64,000 nt of DNA from Flectonema sp. DT1601 (Eukaryota). The notes beneath the pieces are model-generated. The model saw only the letters and a program-made list of their open reading frames with translations. It ran no database searches and was not told the origin of the DNA. Both the position numbers and the translations under genes were made by a program. The stretch is from the NCBI GenBank assembly GCA_964019425.1, contig OZ025793.1, positions 868,001-932,000 on the forward strand. Reading direction: 5' to 3'. Shown here piece by piece: positions 49,115 through 60,622 of this stretch (positions within the stretch are counted from its first letter, which is position 1; every line of letters begins with the position of its first letter).

Positions 49115-52100
49115 AACAATGTTATCATTGTTTTTTTTATCGATCGACTATGTCGATTACTTCCAGTTTTCCGTCCTGGTCAAGACGCTAAACTGATTGT
49201 TTTTTTTTTTTTTTTTTTTAAAAAATTAATAAAAAGAATATAAAAAAAAAAAAAAAAAGAATAAACAATGTTATCATTGTTTTTTTTTTATCGTTCGACT
49301 TTGTCGACTAATTTCTATTTTCCGTTTCTTTTCTTTAAATAATAAATAAAAAGAATTTAAAATAAAAAAAAAGAATAAACAATGTCATCATTGTTTTTTT
49401 ATCGATCGACTATGTCGATTACTTTCTATTTTCCGTCCTGGTCAAGACGCTAAACTGATTGTTTTTTTTTTTTTTCAAAATTAATAAAAAAGAATATAAA
49501 AAAAAAAAAAAAAAAAAAGAATAAACAATGTTATCATTGTTTTTTTTTTATTGTTCGACTTTGTTGACTAATTTCTATTTTCCGTTTTTTTTCTTTAAAA
49601 AATAAATAAAAAGAATTTAAAATAAATAAAAAAGAATAAACAATGTTATCATTGTTTTTTTATCGATCGACTATGTCGATCACTTTCTATTTTCCGTCCT
49701 GGTCAAGACGCTAAACTGATTGTTTTTTTTTCAAAATTAATAAAAAAGAATATAAAAAAAAAAAAAAAAAAAAGAATAAACAATGTTATCATTGTTTTTT
49801 TTTTATCGTTCGACTTTGTCGACTAATTTCTATTTTCCGTTTCTTTTCTTTAAAGAATAAATAAAAAGAATTTAAAATAAAAAAAAAAAAAATAAACAAT
49901 GTTATCATTGTTTTTTTATCGATCGACTATGTCGATCACTTTCTATTTTCCGTCCTGGTCAAGACGCTAAACTGATTGTTTTTTTTTTTCAAAATTAATA
50001 AAAAAGAATATAAAAAAATACAAAAAAAAGAATAAACAATGTTATCATTGTTTTTTTTTATCGTTCGACTTTGTCGACTAATTTCTATTTTCCGTTTTTT
50101 TTTTCTTTAAAAAATAAATAAAAAGAATTTAAAATAAAAAAAAAGAATAAACAATGTTATCATTGTTTTTTTATCGATCGACTATGTCGATCACTTTCTA
50201 TTTTCCGTCCTGGTCAAGACGCTAAACTGATTGTTTTTTTTTTTTTTCAAAATTAATAAAAAAGAATATTAAAAAAAATACAAAAAAAAAAAGAATAAAC
50301 AATGTTATCATTGTTTTTTTTTATCGTTCGACTTTGTCGACTAATTTCTATTTTCCGTTTCTTTTCTTTAAAGAATAAATAAAAAGAATTTAAAATAAAA
50401 AAAAAGAATAAACAATGTTATCATTGTTTTTTTTTTATCGATCGACTATGTCGATCACTTTCTATTTTCCGTCCTGGTCAAGACGCTAAACTGATTGTTT
50501 TTTTTTTCAAAATTAATAAAAAAGAATATAAAAAAATACAAAAAAAAAGAATAAACAATGTTATCATTGTTTTTTTTATCGTTCGACTTTGTCGACTAAT
50601 TTCTATTTTCCGTTTTTTTTTTCTTTAAAAAATAAATAAAAAGAATTTAAAATAAAAAAAAAGAATAAACAATGTTATCATTGTTTTTTTATCGATCGAC
50701 TATGTCGATCACTTTCTATTTTCCGTCCTGGTCAAGACGCTAAACTGATTGTTTTTTTTTTTTCAAAATTAATAAAAAAGAATATTAAAAAAAATACAAA
50801 AAAAAAAAGAATAAACAATGTTATCATTGTTTTTTTTTTTATCGTTCGACTTTGTCGACTAATTTCTATTTTCCGTTTTTTTTCTTTAAAAAATGAATAA
50901 AAAGAAAACAAAATAAAAAAAAAGAATAAACAATGTTATCATTGTTTTTTTTTATCGATCGACTATGTCGATTACTTTCTATTTTCCGTCCTGGTCAAGA
51001 CGCTAAACTGATTGTTTTTTTTTTTTCAAAATTAATAAAAAAGAATATTAAAAAAAATACAAAAAAAAAAAGAATAAACAATGTTATCATTGTTTTTTTT
51101 TTTATCGTTCGACTTTGTCGACTAATTTCTATTTTCCGTTTTTTTTCTTTAAAAAATGAATAAAAAGAAAACAAAATAAAAAAAAAGAATAAACAATGTT
51201 ATCATTGTTTTTTTTTATCGATCGACTATGTCGATTACTTTCTATTTTCCGTCCTGGTCAAGACGCTAAACTGATTGTTTTTTTTTTCAAAATAAAAAAA
51301 AAAATATTAAAAAAAAAAAATAAAAAAAAAAGAATAAACAATGTTATCATTGTTTTTTTTTTATCGTTCGACTTTGTTGACTAATTTCTATTTTCCGTTT
51401 TTTTTCTTTAAAAAATAAATAAAAAGAATTTAAAAAAAAAAAAAAAAAAAGAATAAACAATGTTATCATTGTTTTTTTTATCGATCGACTATGTCGATTA
51501 CTTTCTATTTTCCGTCCTGGTCAAGACGCTAAACTGATTGTTTTTTTTTCAAAATTAATAAAAAAGAATATAAAAAAATACAAAAAAAGAATAAACAATG
51601 TTATCATTGTTTTTTTTATCGATCGACTATGTCGATTACTTTCTATTTTCCGTCCTGGTCAAGACGCTAAACTGATTGTTTTTTTTTTCAAAATAAAAAA
51701 AAAATATTAAAAAAAAAAAATAAAAAAAAAAGAATAAACAATGTTATCATTGTTTTTTTTTATCGTTCGACTTTGTTGACTAATTTCTATTTTCCGTTTT
51801 TTTTCTTTAAAAAATTAATAAAAAGAATTTAAAAAAAAAAAAAAAAAAAGAATAAACAATGTTATCATTGTTTTTTTTATCGATCGACTATGTCGATTAC
51901 TTTCTATTTTCCGTCCTGGTCAAGACGCTAAACTGATTGTTTTTTTTTTCAAAATTAATAAAAAAGAATATAAAAAAATACAAAAAAAAGAATAAACAAT
52001 GTTATCATTGTTTTTTTTTATCGTTCGACTTTGTCGACTAATTTCTATTTTCCGTTTTTTTTTCTTTAAAAAATAAATAAAAAGAATTTAAAATAAAAAA

Positions 52101-52745
52101 AAAAAAAAGAATAAACAATGTTATCATTGTTTTTTTATCGATCGACTATGTCGATTACTTTCTATTTTCCGTCCTGGTCAAGACGCTAAACTGATTGTTT
52201 TTTTTTTCAAAATTAATAAAAAAGAATATAAAAAAAATAAAAAAAAAAAAGAATAAACAGTGTTATCATTGTTTTTTTTTATCGTTCGACTTTGTTGACT
52301 AATTTCTATTTTCCATTTTTTTTCTTTTTAAAAAAATAAATAAAAAGAATTAAAAAAAAAAAAAAAAAAAAGAATAAACAATGTTATCATTGTTTTTTTT
52401 ATCGATCGACTATGTCGATTACTTTCTATTTTCCGTCCTGGTCAGGACGCTAAACTGATTGTTTTTTCTTTAAAAATAAATAAAAAGAATAAAAAAAAAA
52501 AAAAAGGAATAAACAATGTTATCATTGTTTTTTTTTTATCGATCGACTATGTCGATTACTTACTATTTTCCGTCCTGGTCAAGACGCTAAACTGATTGTT
52601 TTTTCTTTAAAATAATTAAAAAGATTTAAAAAAAAAAAAAAAAAAAAAATGAATAAACAATGTTATCATAGTTTTTTTTTCTATCGATCAACTATGTCGA
52701 TTAATTTCTATTTTCCGTCCTGATCGAGACGCTAAACTGATTGTT
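49115..52745 (+). repeat. Hairpin satellite array inside the full-length element's 3' region (roughly 28 monomers, estimated from length)
   Basis: Same units as 37835-41465, in the same order and with the same variants. Confidence 0.95.
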
Positions 52746-52770
52746 TCCTTTTTTTAAAATAATAAATAAG

Positions 52771-52801
<31 letters not shown>

Positions 52802-52981
52802 ATCTCCCTGCTATCCCTCATATCCCCACAATAATATTATACCTTTTCATTTTCTCTTTCCTTTTCTGGTCTTTTTTTTTTCTTTTTTTTCCTTTTTCAT
52901 ACAACGTTTTTTATTTATATATATATTTTTTTTTTTTTTTTTTTTTCATGTTTGATTATTTCCTCTTCATTTTTTTTTTTC

Positions 52982-53013
<32 letters not shown>

Positions 53014-53225
53014 CCTCTGCCTCTCTCTTAATTCTGTTCGTTTCTTTGAAACGAAAATTCATTTGAATATTATTCCTTGGTCAGCAACCATCATTGTCGC
53101 CCTTTGGGCCTGTTAAAAAAAATAAAAATAAAAAGAAAGTTTACATCGGGAATAGGGCAGGAGCCAAAAGCTCCCAGTCCGTTACTTCCCACTTTATCGA
53201 AATTCAATCGATAAAAAAACAATGA

Positions 53226-53871
53226 TAACAATGTTATCATTGTTTTTTTATCGATCGACTATGTCGATTACTTTCTATTTTCCGTCCTGGTCAAGACGCT
53301 AAACTGATTGTTTTTTTCAAAATTAATAAAAAAGAATATAAAAAAAAAATAAAAAAAAAAGATTAAACAATGTTATCATTGTTTTTTTTATCGTTCGACC
53401 TTGTCGACTAATTTCTATTTTCCGTTTTTTTCTTTAAAAATAAATAAAAAAGAATTTAAAAAAAAAAAAAAAAAAGAATAAACAATGTTATCATTGTTTT
53501 TTTATCGATCGACTATGTCGATTACTTTCTATTTTCCGTCCTGGTCAAGACGCTAAACTGATTGTTTTTTTCAAAATTAATAAAAAAGAATATAAAAAAA
53601 AAAAATAAAAAAAAAATAAAAAAAAAATAAAAAAAAAAAGATTAAACAATGTTATCATTGTTTTTTTTTATCGTTCGACCTTGTCGACTAATTTCTATTT
53701 TTTTTTTCTTTAAAAATAAATAAAAAAGAATTTAAAAAAAAAAAAAAAAAAAGAATAAACAATGTTATCATTGTTTTTTTATCGATCGACTATGTCGATT
53801 ACTTTCTATTTTCCGTCCTGGTCAAGACGCTAAATTGATTGTTTCTTCTTTAAAAATAAATTAAAAAAAAA

Positions 53872-53905
<34 letters not shown>

Positions 53906-56160
53906 AATAAACAATGTTATCATTGTTTTTATCGATCGGCTTTGTCGACTAATTTCTATTTTCCGTCCTGGTCAAGACGCTAAACTGATTGTTTTTCTAA
54001 AAATAAATAAAAAGAATAAAAAAAAAAAAAAAAAAAAAGAATAAACAATGTTATCATTGTTTTTTTATCGATCGACTCTGTCGACTAATTTCTATTTTCC
54101 GTTTTCTTTTCTTTAAAAAATAAATAAAAAGAATATAAAAAAAAAAAATAAAAAAAAAAGAATAAACAATGTTATCATTGTTTCTTATCGATCGACTTTG
54201 TCGACTAATTTCTATTTTCCGTCCTGGTCAAGACGCTAAACTGATTGTTTTTTTCTTTAAAAATAAATAAAAGAATATAAAAAAAAAAAAAAAAAAAAGG
54301 AATAAACAATGTTATCATTGTTTTTTTTTATCGATCGACTTTGTCGACTAATTTCTATTTTCCGTCCTGGTCAAGACGCTAAACTGATTATTTTTTTCTT
54401 TAAAAATAAATAAAAAGAATAAAAAAAAAAAAAAAAAAAAAAAAAAAATGAATAAACAATGTTATCATTGTTTCTTATCGATCGACTTTGTCGACTAATT
54501 TCTATTTTCCGTCCTGGTCAAGACGCTAAACTGATTGTTTATTCTTTTAAAAAATAAATAAAAGATATAAAAAAAAAAAAAAAAAAAAGAAATACTGTAA
54601 AGGGAAATATTCTTGTGGGGAAAAACCCGCGAGTTTTTATTATTTTTTCTAAATCCGCGAGAATATTTCCCCGCGAGAGTATTTCCCTGCAAGCATACTT
54701 TTTTTCCAGCCATTTTTTTGGTTCTTTCTTGTGAAGAAAATATGTGTGCTACGAAGGAAAGTTTCAGCAAAAATTATTTTTATTGTGCAGTATGGTAGTT
54801 TTTTATTGTGTTTGTTTAGTAAATAATGCTTTGTTCCACCAGACACTTGATGGAAGCACAAAGATTTCTTAGATTCTTGATCAACTGACTGACTTACGCA
54901 AAAATCCTCTGTGGCAGGGAAATATTCTTGTGGGGAAAAACCCGCGAGTTTAAAAAAAAATCTCCAAATCCGCGAGAATATTTCCCCGCGGGAATATTTC
55001 CCCGCAAGAATATTTCTCCGCGAGAATATTTCCCTTTACAGTAAACAATGTTATCATTGTTTTTTTTATCGATCGACTTTGTCGATTACTGTCTACTTTC
55101 CGTCCTGGTCAAGACGCTAAACTGATTTTTTTTTTTTTTTAAAAATTAATAAAAAGAATATAAAAAAAAAAAAAAAAAAAATGAATAAACAATGTTATCA
55201 TTGTTTCTTATCGATCGACTTTGTCGACTAATTTCTATTTTCCGTCCTGGTCAGGACGCTAAACTGATTGTTTTTTCTTTAAAAAATAAATAAAAAGATA
55301 AATAAAAAAAAAAAAAAAAAAAGGAATAAACAATGTTATCATTGTTTTTTTTATCGATCGACTATGTCGATTACTTTCTATTTTCCGTCCTGGTCAGGAC
55401 GCTAAACTGATTGTTTTTCTTTAAGAAATAAATAAAAAGTTAAAAAAAAAAAAAAAAAAAAAAAAAGGAATAAACAATGTTATCATTGTTTTTTTTTTAT
55501 CGATCGACTATGTCGATTACTTTCTATTTTCTGTCCTGGTCAAGACGCTAAACGGAAGTTTTTTCTTTAAAATAATTAAAAGGATTTAAAAAAAAAAAAA
55601 AAAAAAAAAAAAGAATAAACAATGTTATCATTGTTTTTTTTTCTATCGATCGACTATGTCGATTAATTTCTATTTTCCGTCCAGATCGAGACACTAAACT
55701 GATTGTTTCCTTTTTTTTTAAATAATAAATAAAAAAAAAAAAAATAAAAAAAAAAAAAAAAAGAGCATCTCCCTGCTATCCCTCATATCCCCACAATAAT
55801 ATTATACCTTTTCATTTTCTCTTTCCTTTTCTGGTCTTTATTTTTTTTTTTCCTTTTTCATACAACGTTTTTTTATTTATATATTTTTTTTTTTTTTTTT
55901 TCATGTTTGATTATTTCCTCTTCATATTTTTTTTCTTTTTTCTTTTCTTTCTTTTTTTTCTTTTTTTTCTCTGCCTCTCTCTTAATTCTGTTCGTTTCTT
56001 TGAAACGAAAATTCATTTGAATATTATTCCTTGGTCAGCAACCATCATTGTCGCCCTTTGGGCCTGTTAAAAAAAATAAAAAATAAAAAGAAAGTTTACA
56101 TCGGGAATAGGGCAGGAGCCAAAAGCTCCCAGTCCGTTACTTCCCACTTTATCGAAATTC
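53226..56160 (+). mobile_element. 5'-truncated retroelement copy (satellite + terminus) containing a MITE; followed by antisense satellite 56161-56995
   Basis: Satellite, terminal segment from ~55700, end TTTATCGAAATTC at 56160. Confidence 0.85.
54595..55041. mobile_element. 447-bp MITE with TA target duplication (Tc1/mariner-type)
   Basis: TA|CTGTAAAGGGAAATATTCT...AGAATATTTCCCTTTACAG|TA, inserted in the satellite's GAATAAACAATG. The TIR core repeats internally. Partial copies at 20644-20808 and ~56995-57218. Confidence 0.88.
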
Positions 56161-57221
56161 TTGACCAGGACGGAAAATAGAAAGCGATCGACATAGTCGA
56201 TCGATAAGAAAACAATGATAATATTGTTTATTCTTTTTTTTTATTTTAAATTCTTTTTATTTATTTTTTAAAGAAAAAAAAAACGGAAAATAGAAATTAG
56301 TCGACAAAGTCGAACGATAAAAAAAAAACAATGATAACATTGTTTATTCTTTTTTTGTATTTTTTTTATATTCTTTTTTATTAATTTTGAAAAAAAAAAA
56401 AAAACAATCAGTTTAGCGTCTTGACCAGGACGGAAAATAGAAAGTAATCGACATAGTCGATCGATAAAAAAAACAATGATAACATTGTTTATTCTTTTTT
56501 TTTTTTTTTTTTAAATTCTTTTTATTTATTTTTTAAAAAGAAAAAAAAACGGAAAATAGAAATTAGTCAACAAAGTCGAACGGTAAAAATCAATGATAAC
56601 ATTGTTTATTCTTTTTTTTTTTTTTTTTTTAAATTCTTTTTATTTATTTTTTAAAAAGAAAAAAAAACGGAAAATAGAAATTAGTCAACAAAGTCGAACG
56701 ATAAAAAAAAAAACAATGATAACATTGTTTATTCTTTTTTTTTATTTTTTTTAAATTCTTTTTTATTAATTTTGAAAAAAAAACAATCAGTTTAGCGTCT
56801 TGACCAGGACGGAAAATAGAAAGTGATCGACATAGTCGATCGATAAAAAAACAATGATAACATTGTTTATTCTTTTTTTTTATTTTAAATTCTTTTTATT
56901 TATTTTTTAAAGAAAAAAAACGGAAAATAGAAATTAGTCGACAAAGTCGAACGATAAAAAAAAACAATGATAACATTGTTTATTCTTTTTTTTTTATTGT
57001 GCAGTATGGTAGTTTTTTATTGGTGAATAATGCCCTGTTCTGCCTGACACTCGATGGAAGCACACAGATTTCTTAGATTTTTGATCAACGGCTGGCTTTC
57101 GCAAAAATCCTCTGTGGTAGGGAAATATTCTTGTGGGGAAAAACCCGAGTTTGAAAAAAAATCTCCAAATCCGCGAGAATATTTCCCCACGGGAATATTT
57201 CCCCGCGAGAATATTTCCATT

Positions 57222-58752
57222 TTGTTTCCCATCTGTTTTTATTTTCTATTAGTTCTGGTCAGAAACTCCTGGGCAGCAAGAAGGAAAGCAGTTTAGTACT
57301 TCTGGGTGTTTGGCATCACCCCCATAGTGAGCAAGTACAACAGGTAGCATTGGTAGTCTGTTGATCCTGAGTGATCCCAGCTACAGTTTTGTTTTTCTTT
57401 CTTTTTTTTAGAAGAAGATCAGGACTTCCAAGCACTGCTGGATAGTTGCTGAATGCAGGGCCTGCCTGTGGCATTATAATAACAGGCTAAGTCATTTGTA
57501 GTTCATAGTTTACCTTTGATTTTATAACTTCACATAGGTACTATGAACGATGAGAGATCCGGTGGGATCACTCAGGGTCTAGTAGAGACCACCAATGTTG
57601 TGCGTTGATAGGCAAGGTGACCAACCTTGACATTCTTTCTTTTCTCTCCTGTTGTGACAAACACAAAATACACACACAGCTTACAGTGTGTTCTTTGTGT
57701 ATGTTTTCTTCAGGTGTGAGTAGTTTTTTGTTCTTGCTCTTCAGGGAGGGCCTTAGCCAAAAGCTAACTGTCAAATCTCACCTGGTAATTCAACTCACAG
57801 GCTAAGTCATTTGTAGTTCATAGTTTACCTTTGATTTTATAACTTCACATAGGTACTATGAACGATGAGAGATCCAGTGGGATCACTCAGGGTCTAGTAG
57901 AGACCACCAATGTTGTGCGTTGATAGGCAAGGTGATCAACCTTGACATTCTTTCTTTTCTCTCCTGTTGTGACAAACACAAAATACACACACAGCTTACA
58001 GTGTGTTCTTTGTGTATGTTTTCTTCAGGTGTGAGTAGTTTTTTTGTTCTTGCTCTTCAGGGAGGGCCTTAGCCAAAAGCTAACAGTCCAAATCTCACCT
58101 GGAAATTCAACTCAGTCTTTGTCAGTTTTGGCATCAAACTTGTAATGGTTTAATCATTACAGGTTATTTACTGAAATATTTGTTCTAAATGTTGCTAAGT
58201 ATTTCTCACTTAGAATTTTTTTATTTTTTTATTTTCAGCTTAATTAGCTACAAATTGTTTCTACTAAGTGTTTCTCACTTAGATTTTTTTTTTGCTTTTC
58301 AGCTCCTTAAAAGCTGCTAAGTGTTTCTGCTAAGTGTTTCTCACTTAGAATTTTATTGTTATGTTCGTTTTCTATCCCCTCTTCTATCCCTTTTGTTCAA
58401 AAAAAGCGATGAGAAATTTCTCTCATTCATGCTAAGATGCACTCTGAACTTTGATTTTTTGATCTGAGTGTGAGGGAATGACCTGTTAGTGCATTGGGCA
58501 TAAGCTGGGCTGCAGTTTAGATGTCTTAGGTGTTAATAAGGGGTTCCTCTTAGCATTTTCTTTGTTCCCACCTTATGATTTTCTTGAAGAAAAAAAATAG
58601 AAGTCATAATGGTGCTTCCCTCTGGAAGGGTTGTAAGCCATGGTGTCCAACTAAATTAAAGGACAAGTCTGGGATAATCCCTGCCAGAGGGGCGAGTATT
58701 CTACCATGGTTGAAATACTCTGGCAACTGATCTTCAATTTTATGTTGTTTGT
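57222..58752. repeat. Copy of the 1356-bp repeat family with an internal ~316-bp tandem duplication
   Basis: Matches ~34846-36062; ~57482-57797 is repeated at ~57798-58113. Confidence 0.85.
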
Positions 58753-59031
58753 CATATGATTCTTCGGTCGAGCAAGCCGTTCAAGACGACAGTTGGAGGC
58801 CATGCAAAAGTGTCATGGGAGAGTTGTATAACCTCGGGCATGACGGCCGAGTGCGAGACTCTGTTCAGAAAGATGATGCGGGAGCAAGTAGTCAGTTTAG
58901 CGTCTTGACCAGGACGGAAAATAGAAATTAGTCGACAAAGTCGATCGATAAAAAAACAATGATAACATTGTTTATTATTTTCTCTTAATTCTGTTTGTTT
59001 CTTTGAAACGAAAATTCATTTGAATATTATC

Positions 59032-59850
59032 TCCAGAGGGGCGAGTATTCTACCATGGTTGAAATACTCTGGCAACTGATCTTCAATTTTATGTTGTTTG
59101 TTAGCTGCTGGTGTAATTTAGTCATGTGTTGATACTTGCATTTATTTATTTGTTATCTTTTACTACAATAACTCTTGCCTATATCTTTTCTTTTTATTCT
59201 CTATCTGTTCTGGTCTGTTACTTCATTTGTCTTGTTTAACTTCAGTTATATCCATTTTACTTTTTATTGTTTCCCATCTACTTTTTATTTTCTATTAGTT
59301 CTGGTCAGAAACTCCTGGGCAGCAAGAAGGAAAGCAGTTAAGTACTTCTGGGTGTTTGGCATCACCCCCCATAGTGAGCAAGTACAACAGGTAGCATTGG
59401 TAGTCTGTTGATCCTGAGTGATCCCAGCTACAGTTTTGTTTTTCTTTCTTTTTTTTAGAAGAAGATCAGGACATCCAAGCACTGCTGGATAGTTGCTGAA
59501 TGCAGGGCCTGCCTGTGGCATTATAATAACAGGCTAAGTCATTTGTAGTTCATAGTTTACCTTTGATTTTATAACTTCACACAGGGTACTATGAACGATG
59601 AGAGATCCAGTGGGATCACTCAGGGTCTAGTAGAGACCACCAATGTTGTGCGTTGATAGGCAAGGTGACCAACCTTGACATTCTTTCTTTTCTCTCCTGT
59701 TGTGACAAACACAAAATACACACACAGCTTACGGTGTGTTCTTTGTGTATGTTTTCTTCAGGTGTGAGTAGTTTTTTTGTTCTTGCTCTTCAGGGAGGGC
59801 CTTAGCTAAAAGCTAACAGTCCGAATCTCACCTGGTAATTCAACTCAGTT
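59032..59850. repeat. Further copy of the 800-bp arm of the 1356-bp repeat family
   Basis: Matches ~34637-35427 and ends AATTCAACTCAGT. Confidence 0.85.
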
Positions 59851-60217
59851 CTTAATAAATACATTGTTGAAGCAGTTGAGTGGCTGGCTGGTAAGACGTG
59901 TTCCTTCGATGTCCGGTATGTGGCATCAAAGAAGAATCCTGCAGATGGCCCATCTCGAGTATCACCGTTGCAGATGAAGACAAGAGAGCATTGCATTAGT
60001 GTGGCTCGGTCCGTTAAGGATTATTTAACTGAGCAACGATAATTCTAAGTATGACATGTTGATTTTAAGTGGTTATTAATTGATGTTTGATTTATAAATA
60101 GCTTCGATGTGATTTATGGTTCCTGGGTGATGAATAATGTTAATATGACTTAGTGCAATTGAAATGATGTTAATGATGATGATATTATTATTGGTGGATA
60201 CTTTGGTGTTTCAGTTA

Positions 60218-60368
60218 GTTTCGAAAAGGTGGGAAGTAACGGACTGGGAGCTTTTGGCTCCTGCCCTATTCCCGATGTAAACTTTCTTTTTATTTTTTTT
60301 TATTTTAACAGGCCCAAAGGGCGACAATGAAAGATGCTGACCAAGGAATAATATTCAAATGAATTTTC
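60218..60368 (-). mobile_element. Diverged short 3'-terminal fragment of the retroelement
   Basis: TTTCGAAAAGGTGGGAAGTAACGGACTGGGAGC...GAATTTTC, with several substitutions relative to the other termini. Confidence 0.8.
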
Positions 60369-60622
60369 TCTATACTGGCGTTGTGGTGCATTAAACTGGC
60401 GTCGGGGTGTTCTTTGGTTGGTCTGGAATGTGTGAACTAGTGTTGATTCTGTTGCTTTGAATCTTCACATTTGGTCCTATGCATTTCAGTCTGAGCAACT
60501 GAACATTCTAACCCCGGCGTGAGTTGGTTGAAGTGATTACAATGCTTAGTTTATATATGATGTATTAATATCTTATTAGATATCTTCCCCTTTTCACTTC
60601 AGAATTTTAACATGGATCTCGA

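Larger units (their letters stand above)
41931..53205 (+). mobile_element. Apparently full-length ~11.3-kb RLE-type non-LTR retrotransposon (R2 group, HERO-like) with satellite-bearing 3' region
   Basis: Short 5' leader, single RT-RLE frame, ~5.7-kb 3' region ending ACTTTATCGAAATTC. The 5' boundary is inferred from abutment with the upstream copy's terminus. Confidence 0.82.

Noticed and set aside
36781..53205. True LTR retrotransposon with 5-kb LTRs
   Set aside because: No gag, protease, integrase, PBS/PPT or TG..CA ends; the protein is non-LTR RT plus RLE.
16656..56995. Palindromic repeats with intervening sequence resembling a CRISPR array
   Set aside because: Intervening parts are A/T homopolymers rather than unique spacers, there are no cas genes, and the context is eukaryotic with introns.
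21200..57300. Many short F/K/I-rich ORFs in satellite, terminus, MITE and 1356-bp repeats
   Set aside because: Translations of homopolymer-rich repeats whose frames shift between copies.
58753..58890. GC-richer unique island between repeats
   Set aside because: Too short, with no recognisable motif; probably a captured fragment.
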